Assembly (NCBI GenBank): GCA_050953085.1
Contig: JBMNLX010000009.1
Span: 203,411 to 267,410 of the forward strand
Direction of reading: 5' to 3'
Source: Bacilli bacterium
GTDB lineage: Bacteria; Bacillota_I; Bacilli_A; ML615J-28; CAG-698
DNA: 64,000 bases
The notes under the pieces were generated by a model, which worked only from the letters and a program-made list of their open reading frames with translations, was not told the DNA's origin and did not search any database. Below, piece after piece: positions 56,925-64,000 of this stretch (position 1 is its first letter; each line of letters opens with the position of its first letter). Position numbers and translations under genes: made by a program.

Positions 56925-58009
56925 TCATGAACAAAGAAAAAAACGATTCCAAGACAAATAATGAAGATGTTATCTGGTTTGACCCGCTCGAGACGAATGC
57001 GATTCGCGTTCGCGGGTTCGCTTGGTTTGACAATGACCGCCGTTACCGGCGCTTGCCGGCGAGCTCGGACAGTCTCGTCGCCCGCGTCTCGCCCAATGTC
57101 GCGCGCCTTTCCGGCGACGCGGCGGGCGGGCAGATTCATTTCCGGACAGATTCCGACACCGTGGAAATCGCGGCGGAACTGGCGGCGCCCAGCTTGATGT
57201 CGCATATGACGATCGCTTCCCAAGGCGGGTTTGACTGTTACGTCGGGAGCGACTTTAGCGATTTAAAATTCTATGCGACGACGACTTTCCCCGTCGACGC
57301 GAAAAGTTACCGTTACCGGTTTTTTGCGGGCGTCCCCGGAGACAAACTCGTCGTTCTTAACTTCCCCCTTTACAACAGGGTGGAAAGCGTTCGCGTCGGC
57401 GTTAAACCCGGGGCCGCTTTGCGGGATCCGGGGGATTTCCCGCAGCCGGGGCGGATCGTCGTTTACGGGACTTCAATCACCCAGGGCGCATGCGCCAGCC
57501 GGCCCGGTTTGTGTTACACGAATATTTTAAGCAGGCGGCTCGGTATCGAATTCATCAATCTTGGTTTTTCCGGGAGCGCCTTCGGCGAGCCTGAAATCGC
57601 GGAACTCGTTTCGGAGGTTAGCGGGGCGCGGATGTTCGTACTTGACTACGAGGCCAACGCCGGGACCAACGGCCGGCTTTACCGGACGCTCGAGGATTTT
57701 ATTAAAATCATCCGCGGCCGTTACCCGAACGCGCCGATCGTCGTTGTTTCCCGAATTAAGTATTTGTTTGACGAGCTTAATCCCGGAACCCTGGGAAAAA
57801 TGCGCCGGGAACTGCGGGAATTTCAGAAGAACGTCGTATCCGCGCTAAGGGAAAAAGGAGACGACGCCGTGTATTTTGTTGACGGGTCCGGCTTTTTTCC
57901 CGACGATTATCACGAGTTTACCGTCGATTCCGTTCATCCCAACGATATCGGTTTTTACCGAATCGCGGAGGGATTGGAAAAAGAAATCAGGAAGATTTTG
58001 AAAATTTGA
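56921..58009 (+). CDS. SGNH/GDSL hydrolase-family esterase with N-terminal beta-sandwich domain (putative sugar O-acetylesterase), cytoplasmic
   Basis: Blocks GTSITQG (Ser), NLGFSGS (Gly), GTNG (Asn), DSVHPND (Asp/His). Confidence 0.7.
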   Translation: MIMNKEKNDSKTNNEDVIWFDPLETNAIRVRGFAWFDNDRRYRRLPASSDSLVARVSPNVARLSGDAAGGQIHFRTDSDTVEIAAELAAPSLMSHMTIASQGGFDCYVGSDFSDLKFYATTTFPVDAKSYRYRFFAGVPGDKLVVLNFPLYNRVESVRVGVKPGAALRDPGDFPQPGRIVVYGTSITQGACASRPGLCYTNILSRRLGIEFINLGFSGSAFGEPEIAELVSEVSGARMFVLDYEANAGTNGRLYRTLEDFIKIIRGRYPNAPIVVVSRIKYLFDELNPGTLGKMRRELREFQKNVVSALREKGDDAVYFVDGSGFFPDDYHEFTVDSVHPNDIGFYRIAEGLEKEIRKILKI

Positions 58010-58018
58010 GGATATGTT

Positions 58019-58708
58019 ATGCATAGATTACTTACAACGCTTAAAAGAAAGAAGTTCAGCCTGATCGCGAGCCTGCCCGAAAATTCCTACGAAATGGCGA
58101 AAATCGCCTGGGAAGCGGGCGCCGACGCGATAAAAGTTCACATTAATGTTTTTCACCGCGCGAGCCAAAACACTTTCGGACCGTTGACAGAAATCAGAAA
58201 CACGTTTGAAAGAATTATCGCGGATAGCCCCGTTCCCGTCGGGATCGTCGCCGGCGAGGACCCGATCCTGGTCGAAGAATTGCTCGATGATATCGTGGCG
58301 ATGGGATTTGATTTCATTTCTCTCTACGGTCATTTCATGCCGGCGTCTCTGGTCGAGCGCCGCGATATCACGACTTTTTTCGCCGTTAACTCCGATTACT
58401 CGCTCGAGGAGATCCGTCACTTGTCTCAGTCTTTTTTCGGGGACATCTTGGAACTCTCGATCATCGCTCCCGAGCATTACGGGAAAAGACTTTCCGCCCG
58501 CGACTTGGCTAAGTATAATTACATCGCGACTCACGCCGTCGCGCCGACCGTCGTGCCGACGCAAAAATTGGTTTACCCGAGCGACGTGAAGTCGCTGTAC
58601 CGGACCGGCGTTAGCGCCGTGATGGTCGGGGCAATCTGCTACGGTCGCGACCCGGAGAAAATGCGCCAAGTTATTAAGAGTTTCCGAAGCGAGATTGATC
58701 GGCTGTGA
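58019..58708 (+). CDS. uncharacterised TIM-barrel protein, distantly NanE/BtpA-like
   Basis: Weak collinearity with NanE (LIASLPENS...AGADAIKVH...PVPVGIVAGE); no firm family assignment. Confidence 0.4.
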   Translation: MHRLLTTLKRKKFSLIASLPENSYEMAKIAWEAGADAIKVHINVFHRASQNTFGPLTEIRNTFERIIADSPVPVGIVAGEDPILVEELLDDIVAMGFDFISLYGHFMPASLVERRDITTFFAVNSDYSLEEIRHLSQSFFGDILELSIIAPEHYGKRLSARDLAKYNYIATHAVAPTVVPTQKLVYPSDVKSLYRTGVSAVMVGAICYGRDPEKMRQVIKSFRSEIDRL

Positions 58709-60147
58709 AAAAGACCTTGATCATCCCGCTTGACAGCCGCCCCTGCAATACCGCGTGGCTCAAGCGGCTGGCGGAGGAAGCGGGCGTTCCCGCGCTTATT
58801 TATCCCCGATCCCGGTGCGGCACGCTTCACCGCGGCGCCGATTTTGCCGGGATGATGTCGATGATTGAAGCGAATATCGCCGATTGCGAGTATTTGCTTA
58901 TCTCTGCCGACGGGCTTGCGAGCGGCGGCCTTATCCAAGCCCGCCTTGGCCTCGCCGACCCAGATCGCTTAAGCGCGGAACTTAAGGTTCTCGGCGAATA
59001 CAAAAAACGTTACCCGGGGCTTAAAATATATGTTTTCGACACGTTGATGCGGACGTCGATTACCGCCTACGACGCGGAAAGCGCCCGCCACTGGTCGCTC
59101 GTGAACGAGTATTCAAGACTTTTGGGCGAGGAAGGCGCCGCGGAAAGCGCCCGGCTGCGATATCTAGAGAAGGCGATTCCCGAACGCGTTTTAAACCGAT
59201 ATTTGCGGGCGCGCGAGATCAAGCTCCGTCTCAACCTTTATTTTTTGGAACAGACCGCCGCGGGCGTCGTCGATTATCTTATCATCCTCCAGGAGGATAC
59301 CGCGCCCCGGGGCATACAAAAACGGGAACAGGAGATTATCGCGGACTTTATAAAAGAACATGGCCTCGGGAATAAAGTTAAAACGCACAACGGGACCGAC
59401 GAAGGCGGCTTATTGCTTCTCGCGAAGATAGTCAACGAAAAGCGGAGGCATTCGCCACGGGTATATCTGCTCCTGCCCGAACAGGGCGTTTTGGAGAAGA
59501 CGATGCTTTTCGAAGACCGCCCTTTCGGGGAAAATCTCCGGGCGATGTTTGAGACCGCGGGCTTCGTTCCCGCGAACGACCCGGATTCCGCCGATTTTAT
59601 TCTCGCGGTTTACGCGGAAAAGGAAAACAAGGATTTGGATTTAAGCGATTTCCGGGAAGTGTTGCCGGAAAAAGGTCCGCGATATCGCGCGTTTGTCAGC
59701 GAATTAAATAATTATTTAGCGGCCGGCAAGCCCGCGGGCCTTGTTGACCTGCTTTTTCCCAACGGCGGCAGCCCCGAATTGCTCGGGGAAATCGATTATC
59801 GGGCGCTTAAGGTCTATTCGGCTTGGAATACCGCTTCCAACGCCTTGGGCTCGGCCCTTTGCGAGATTGCGGTGTTGACGTCCGTTCCGGACGCGGACCA
59901 CGAGGCGTTTAAGAACGAGCGAATCATGGACGACTGCGTTTACCAGTATATCGTCCGCCGGCAGGTTAACCGGGACTTGCTCGCCTCCGGTCATAATATT
60001 TATGATCTCGGCGACCTGGGCCCGAAAGTCGCGGCCCGGATCGCCGGAGAAATGGAAAAATATCGATTTCTCGTCGATAACCGCAGGTTTAGGATATCGC
60101 TTCCTTGGAACCGGACGTTTGAAATCGACATCGAGGTAGAGGATTAA
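58705..60147 (+). CDS. DUF4127-family protein (copy 2)
   Basis: IIPLDSRPCN, VYSAWNTASNALGSA; paralog of ORF 31041. Confidence 0.7.
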   Translation: MKKTLIIPLDSRPCNTAWLKRLAEEAGVPALIYPRSRCGTLHRGADFAGMMSMIEANIADCEYLLISADGLASGGLIQARLGLADPDRLSAELKVLGEYKKRYPGLKIYVFDTLMRTSITAYDAESARHWSLVNEYSRLLGEEGAAESARLRYLEKAIPERVLNRYLRAREIKLRLNLYFLEQTAAGVVDYLIILQEDTAPRGIQKREQEIIADFIKEHGLGNKVKTHNGTDEGGLLLLAKIVNEKRRHSPRVYLLLPEQGVLEKTMLFEDRPFGENLRAMFETAGFVPANDPDSADFILAVYAEKENKDLDLSDFREVLPEKGPRYRAFVSELNNYLAAGKPAGLVDLLFPNGGSPELLGEIDYRALKVYSAWNTASNALGSALCEIAVLTSVPDADHEAFKNERIMDDCVYQYIVRRQVNRDLLASGHNIYDLGDLGPKVAARIAGEMEKYRFLVDNRRFRISLPWNRTFEIDIEVED

Positions 60148-60148
60148 T

Positions 60149-61483
60149 ATGAAATATGACGTAATCGTCGCGGGAGGGGGGCCGAGCGGGATCGCCGCCG
60201 CCCTTGCCGCGAAAAGAAACAACGCGAAAGTATTGCTTATAGAAAAAAGCGGCCTTCTGGGGGGCGCGAACGTCCTGTCCCTCGTCGGGCCGCTAATGAC
60301 TTTTCACAATTTGAAAGGCCAGGTGGTGAGGGGCATCGGCGAGGAAATCGTCTCCCGGCTCGTCGCCAATGGTTACAGTCCCGGTCACCGGCCCGACCCG
60401 GTCGGGTTTTGCGCGACCGTGACGCCGTATGACGTTGAAGGCTTGAAGGAAGTGTATTTCAATCTCGTATATAATGAGAAAATCGATTTATTGCTTCACG
60501 CCATTGCGATTGACGTTACCCTCAGGGAAAGCAAAATCACCGCCGCGCGGGCGGCGACGAAAAACGGGGTAATCGAGCTTGAGGCGGACGTTTACGTCGA
60601 CGCGACCGGCGACGGCGATATCGCCGCCGCGGCCGGCTGCCCGTTTATTTACGGCCGCGAATCGGACAATCTGACCCAGCCGATGACGATGCTTTTTACC
60701 GTCGCCGGCATTGATTTCGAGAAACTCAGGGAATACCAAAACCTTAACCCGGGCGAGTTCTACGGCGGAAAGGCCGCCCCCGCGGATTATTTCGGCTTGA
60801 GCGGCTTTTTCGAAAAAATCGCCGCGGCGCGCGCCGCGGGCGACTTTACGATTCCCCGCGACCGCGTGTTATTGTTTGAAAACGCCCGCCGCGGCGAGGC
60901 GACCGTCAATATCACCCGCGTGTTGAACGGGGCCGGGACCGATCCCTTCGCCTTGTCAAGGGCGGAGATCGAGGGAAGGAAACAAGTTAAAGAAGCGTTT
61001 GCTTTCCTGAAAAAATATATCCCCGGGTTTGAAAACAGCTATATTATCCGCACGCCCTATCAAATCGGCGTTCGCGAGACCCGTCACATCAAAGGTCAAT
61101 ATACTTTAATCGAGGAAGATATCGCCGGGGAGAGGGCTTTTGAAGATTCTATCGCGGTCGCCGCCTTCCCGATCGACATTCACTCGCCGGACGGGAGCAG
61201 CCTGGAAGCGTCCAGTCAGATAAAAACCTACGAAATACCGCTGCGAGTGATGATTCCCGAAGGTCCGCGCAACTTGATTGTTACCGGCAGGGCCGTGAGC
61301 GCGACGCACGAGGCGAGCGCTTCGATGCGGGTGAGCCCGGTCGTGATGGCGCTTGGTCAGGCGGCGGGAGTCCTGGCGTCCTATTCCGCCCTGCGAGGGA
61401 TAGAGCCCGGGGCGGCGCCTTACGAGGAAATCGCCGTATTACTCAGGAAGGGAAACGCGGTGTTAAAAAAAGAAGATGTATAG
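60149..61483 (+). CDS. FAD-dependent oxidoreductase (PF12831-like)
   Basis: Rossmann dinucleotide motif DVIVAGGGPSGIAAAL. Confidence 0.75.
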   Translation: MKYDVIVAGGGPSGIAAALAAKRNNAKVLLIEKSGLLGGANVLSLVGPLMTFHNLKGQVVRGIGEEIVSRLVANGYSPGHRPDPVGFCATVTPYDVEGLKEVYFNLVYNEKIDLLLHAIAIDVTLRESKITAARAATKNGVIELEADVYVDATGDGDIAAAAGCPFIYGRESDNLTQPMTMLFTVAGIDFEKLREYQNLNPGEFYGGKAAPADYFGLSGFFEKIAAARAAGDFTIPRDRVLLFENARRGEATVNITRVLNGAGTDPFALSRAEIEGRKQVKEAFAFLKKYIPGFENSYIIRTPYQIGVRETRHIKGQYTLIEEDIAGERAFEDSIAVAAFPIDIHSPDGSSLEASSQIKTYEIPLRVMIPEGPRNLIVTGRAVSATHEASASMRVSPVVMALGQAAGVLASYSALRGIEPGAAPYEEIAVLLRKGNAVLKKEDV

Positions 61484-62324
61484 GATTGAGGATTTTCTCC
61501 AAGCTCCGGCTTACTTCGACCCGATTGAGGGCGAGAAAGAAAAACCGGCCGAGCGCCGCTGTTTTCCCGGGGCTTGGTATTATAAAGTCTTGTCGGCGCG
61601 CGACTATTGGCTCGGGCTCGACGGCTTTGTTCGCTTGCCCGAGTTTTACCCCGACGAGGAGCGTTACGTCGACGAGGGGGATTTCCGGAAATATCTTGAC
61701 ACGCCGTCCGTTTACGTCGGCGGGTCCGCCGATTTTGAAAACGACATCGGTTTAGCCTGGTTTCGCGGGATCGTTGACGGGAAGATGAGCCGCGAGAAAA
61801 TTACTTTTCGTCCTTTTTGGCGCTATATTTATACGGAAAACGGCCGGGAAAGGAATATTTACGCTGGAACGGGAATAGAAGACGCGGAGTATTATTTTTT
61901 CCCCGGCGACGAGGTGAGGATTACCGTCGCTTCCGTGAAAGAACATTTTTTGGTTTTGCGGCTGGCTTTGGAAAAGGAAACCGAGCTTGAGCGTTATCGC
62001 CGGATTCGAAAGCGGCTTTCCCGCTCCCCGCGAGCGTTTGTATCCGGTTTGATTCCGGCGCCGGGGGCGGCGGTCCGTCCCGCCGAATACAAACGGGTCA
62101 ACGCTATCGATCAATACGGGAACGAAGGAAAGCCGGCCCAACCGACCAATGCGAGAACGGGCGAGGCGCGGTGGCGGGATGTTTTCCTGTTTCGCGCTCA
62201 CCGGGGCGAGTTGGTCAAAGTTCCGTTCACGGAAGAGAGGCGCGTAAAAATGTTTTGCCCGGACCCGCGCGCGTTCGCGGTCAAAACCAACGGGAACAGC
62301 GAAACTGTCGTAATTCGTCCTTGA
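61476..62324 (+). CDS. uncharacterised 'X-domain' protein, paralog 3 (no signal peptide)
   Basis: CFPGAWYYK, RDYWLG, VYVGGS, RPFWRYIY, YYFFPGD, EYKRVNAIDQYGNEG, VFLFRAH, KVPF...CPD. Confidence 0.6.
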   Translation: MYRIEDFLQAPAYFDPIEGEKEKPAERRCFPGAWYYKVLSARDYWLGLDGFVRLPEFYPDEERYVDEGDFRKYLDTPSVYVGGSADFENDIGLAWFRGIVDGKMSREKITFRPFWRYIYTENGRERNIYAGTGIEDAEYYFFPGDEVRITVASVKEHFLVLRLALEKETELERYRRIRKRLSRSPRAFVSGLIPAPGAAVRPAEYKRVNAIDQYGNEGKPAQPTNARTGEARWRDVFLFRAHRGELVKVPFTEERRVKMFCPDPRAFAVKTNGNSETVVIRP

Positions 62325-62417
62325 AACATTCTTATCTTAGCATGCCTGTTATATTAATTATCACCGTCGCAATCATCCCGCGGCAGAAATTCAATAGACA
62401 AACCGCGTATAGAATCA

Positions 62418-62450
62418 AAAGCCGTCCCGCGGCGGCTTTTTGATTTTTAA
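62418..62450 (+). terminator. rho-independent terminator ending the 36-kb + strand gene array
   Basis: AAAGCCG-tcccgcgg-CGGCTTT then TTTGATTTTT. Confidence 0.65.
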
Positions 62451-62649
62451 TACCATTAATATTGACGATTCTAAAAAGGATTCGGACTTTTATCCTCGCG
62501 TTATCTTAATTTTAGCGCAGCGATGTCGTTTCCTACATTTCTTATAGTTCCCGTAGAAATCGCTTTGCGGTTAAATAGCATTTTTAAAAAGGTGAAACCA
62601 TATAATCTATTGGCTTCACCCTTTGAATCTAAATAAAGATTTTTATGCT

Positions 62650-62685
62650 AAGAAAAGTATCTCACCGAATCAATAATGGCGAGAT
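62650..62685 (-). terminator. strand-specific terminator for purC
   Basis: On - strand RNA: AUCUCGCC-loop-GGUGAGAU (one G.U) followed by ACUUUUCUU; on + strand the same stem has an A.C mismatch. Confidence 0.5.
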
Positions 62686-62711
62686 GCTTTTAATTTAACG
62701 CGCCTTGTTTA

Positions 62712-63389
62712 TTAAAGCGAAAAATATTTTACAAGATCGAAGGGACTCGCAAAAACCCCGTTCCGATATACGCGCATGTTCCCGGAACTAATCTCGTCGA
62801 TTAGGATGATCTTTCCTTTATGTTTCCCGAACTCGAACTTAATGTCGTAAAGTTCCATTCCCCGCTTCTTAAGTTCCGCGGCGACGAGCGCCGTAATTTT
62901 TTTCGCTTTTTCTTTTATCTCCCCGTATTCCTCCCCGCTCATGATGCCGAGAACGGCGAGCGCGTCCTCGGTAATCAGGGGATCGCCCTTGGCGTCATTT
63001 TTTATCGTCATTTCCACGTATCCCCCCAGATCCGCGCCTTCCCTCGCGTATTCGCCGTAACGGCGGAGAAAACTCCCGGCCGCTTTTCGCCGGACGATTA
63101 CTTCGAGACCGTTGCCGAAGATTTCCGCGCGGAGAACCTCCATTTCGTTTTTCTCCGGGTCTGCCTTTATAAAATGCGTCTTTATCCCTTCCCGACGCAA
63201 TAATTCGAAGAAATAAGCCGACATCCGGAGATTGGCTTTTCCGACGCCGGGCAGCGAAAGCCCGACTTTATTGGCTCCCGGGTCAAATACGCCGTCCTCT
63301 CCGGTAACGTCATCCTTAAAGCGAAGCAAAAGATTGCCGTTTTCCAAAGCGTAGATGTCTTTCGTTTTTCCTGTGTAGAGTAATTTCAT
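62712..63389 (-). CDS. purC: phosphoribosylaminoimidazole-succinocarboxamide synthase
   Basis: [13 protein letters not shown]..., SAICAR synthetase motifs. Confidence 0.9.
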   Translation of the reverse strand: MKLLYTGKTKDIYALENGNLLLRFKDDVTGEDGVFDPGANKVGLSLPGVGKANLRMSAYFFELLRREGIKTHFIKADPEKNEMEVLRAEIFGNGLEVIVRRKAAGSFLRRYGEYAREGADLGGYVEMTIKNDAKGDPLITEDALAVLGIMSGEEYGEIKEKAKKITALVAAELKKRGMELYDIKFEFGKHKGKIILIDEISSGNMRVYRNGVFASPFDLVKYFSL

Positions 63390-63415
63390 CGTTTTTCTCC
63401 TTGTTCTCTAAATTT

Positions 63416-63444
63416 ATTATAACAAATCGCCCCGGGTTCGTAAA
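63416..63444 (-). promoter_or_regulatory. purC promoter (TTTACG-17-TGTTATAAT on - strand)
   Basis: - strand reads TTTACG-AACCCGGGGCGATTTGT-TATAAT; short leader with RBS AAGGAGA. Confidence 0.55.
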
Positions 63445-63476
63445 TGAATATTTTCGGTTATGAGAATGTTTTCATG

Positions 63477-63504
63477 TTGTAAATGTCGCGGAGTTTGTTA
63501 TAAT
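63477..63504 (+). promoter_or_regulatory. purE promoter (TTGTAA-16-TGTTATAAT)
   Basis: TTGTAA 63477-63482, extended -10 TGTTATAAT 63496-63504; same TTTGTTATAAT 11-mer as the divergent purC promoter. Confidence 0.55.
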
Positions 63505-63533
63505 GAAATCGAACTTCATATGAGGGATAAAAA

Positions 63534-63608
63534 ATGAAAAAAGGAATAGGTATATCGAAATTTGTTTATTTTCGATTCCGGGCCTTTTTCCGCAAATGCC
63601 CTTTTTAA
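63534..63608 (+). other. candidate 24-codon leader ORF in purE 5' leader (MKKGIGISKFVYFRFRAFFRKCPF)
   Basis: RBS GAGGG 7 nt upstream of ATG; stop 8 nt before terminator hairpin. Confidence 0.3.
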
Positions 63609-63615
63609 GTACGCA

Positions 63616-63650
63616 AACATTAACTTCGTGTTAATGTTTTTTTATTTTTT
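63616..63650 (+). terminator. intrinsic terminator/attenuator hairpin in purE leader
   Basis: 9-bp stem AACATTAAC/GTTAATGTT, loop TTCGT, followed by TTTTTTTATTTTTT; lies between promoter and purE RBS. Confidence 0.7.
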
Positions 63651-63666
63651 AGAAAAGGAGCGAAAA

Positions 63667-64000
63667 ATGATGAAAAAAATCAGCGTTATTCTCGGTTCCA
63701 TTAGCGATAAAGAGGTAATGGCGAACGCTTTTGAAATTCTCGAACGTTTCGGCATTCCCTACGAAAAGCGCGTTATCAGCGCTCACCGCGCCCTCGATCA
63801 TCTTTGCGAATACGCGAAAGGGCTCGATGAAGAAGGGGTCGGGGCGATTATCGCCGCGGCGGGCGGAGCCGCCGCTCTTCCGGGCGTGATCGCCGCCATG
63901 ACCGTTATCCCGGTAATCGGCGTGCCGATAAAGTCCAAAAGCCTTAACGGGCTTGATTCCCTGCTTTCAATCGTCCAGATGCCGGCGGGCGTGCCGGTGG
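63667..64000 (+). CDS. purE: N5-carboxyaminoimidazole ribonucleotide mutase, 3'-partial (runs off window)
   Basis: MMKKISVILGSISDKEVMANAFEILERFGIPYEKRVISAHR; RBS AAAAGGAG. Confidence 0.85.
   Translation, partial: MMKKISVILGSISDKEVMANAFEILERFGIPYEKRVISAHRALDHLCEYAKGLDEEGVGAIIAAAGGAAALPGVIAAMTVIPVIGVPIKSKSLNGLDSLLSIVQMPAGVPV

Noticed and set aside
63611-63640. PurR PurBox operator (AAACGAACATTA-like) overlapping the purE leader hairpin
   Set aside because: Sequence AAACATTAAC...GTTAATGTTT is palindromic but lacks the CGAAC core of the Bacillus PurBox. It is better explained as a terminator stem.
63505-63666. Purine (guanine/adenine) or ZTP riboswitch in the purE leader
   Set aside because: No UAUA...GGAUAUGG...CCGUAAAU purine aptamer signature and no GGGUCGUGACUGGCG / CCGCCUGGGCA pfl signature. 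The leader is only ~160 nt and mostly occupied by a small ORF plus terminator.
1-64000. Mobile elements, tRNA/rRNA genes, toxin-antitoxin or defence systems
   Set aside because: No integrase, transposase or recombinase-like ORFs, no tRNA cloverleaf-like conserved segments, no short tandem repeat arrays and no recognisable TA, RM or other defence-system proteins were seen in any frame.

Overview
This window reads as a Firmicutes (Bacilli-like) chromosomal segment with almost every gene on the + strand. From 1 to 25 kb it is a syntenic housekeeping block: rsmB(5'-partial)-rlmN-rsgA-rpe-thiN, rpmB(-), fakA(yloV)-recG-plsX-rnc-dnaD-nth, rqcH(-), gmk-rpoZ, a ROK kinase, priA-fmt-pgpA-like, an NitT/TauT-type ABC importer, a class-I amidotransferase(-), sdaA and coaD(-). 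From 26.1 to 62.3 kb there is a 36-kb unidirectional glycan-utilisation supra-locus with no mobile-element or tRNA flanks, in three parts. Locus A has its own promoter and terminator: a membrane-anchored GHL10 glycosidase-like protein, an uncharacterised 'X' domain protein, a cytoplasmic GH84 beta-N-acetylglucosaminidase, a DUF4127 protein and a secreted NAGPA-type phosphodiester glycosidase. The central unit starts with a 1675-aa surface lipoprotein built from at least six copies of an unassigned ~176-aa module (two copies about 98% identical at DNA level over 200 bp), followed by YesL, a 958-aa substrate-binding protein with N-terminal CBM-like domains, two CUT1 permease pairs, an NHL-propeller protein, a Yip1 membrane protein, a DUF5696 protein and a second lipoprotein SBP. 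Locus B has an X-domain lipoprotein, NanE, a GntR/HutC regulator with its own promoter, an SGNH esterase, a NanE-like TIM barrel, a second DUF4127, an FAD oxidoreductase and a third X paralog. The window ends with divergent purC(-)/purE(+) promoters and a purE leader carrying a 24-aa ORF and a terminator. Two things stand out. The X domain (three paralogs, invariant CFPGA-Y-K / RDYWLG / RPFWRYI / YY[FY]FPGD / KRVNAIDQ-NEG / KVP-CP motifs) is embedded twice next to DUF4127, and I cannot assign it to any known family. PriA has an unrecognisable Walker A and motif VI, so it looks naturally helicase-dead. Two apparent frameshifts (rlmN, NMT1-like SBP) sit in homopolymer runs and may be sequencing indels. 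No rRNA, tRNA, CRISPR array, transposase or integrase was seen.
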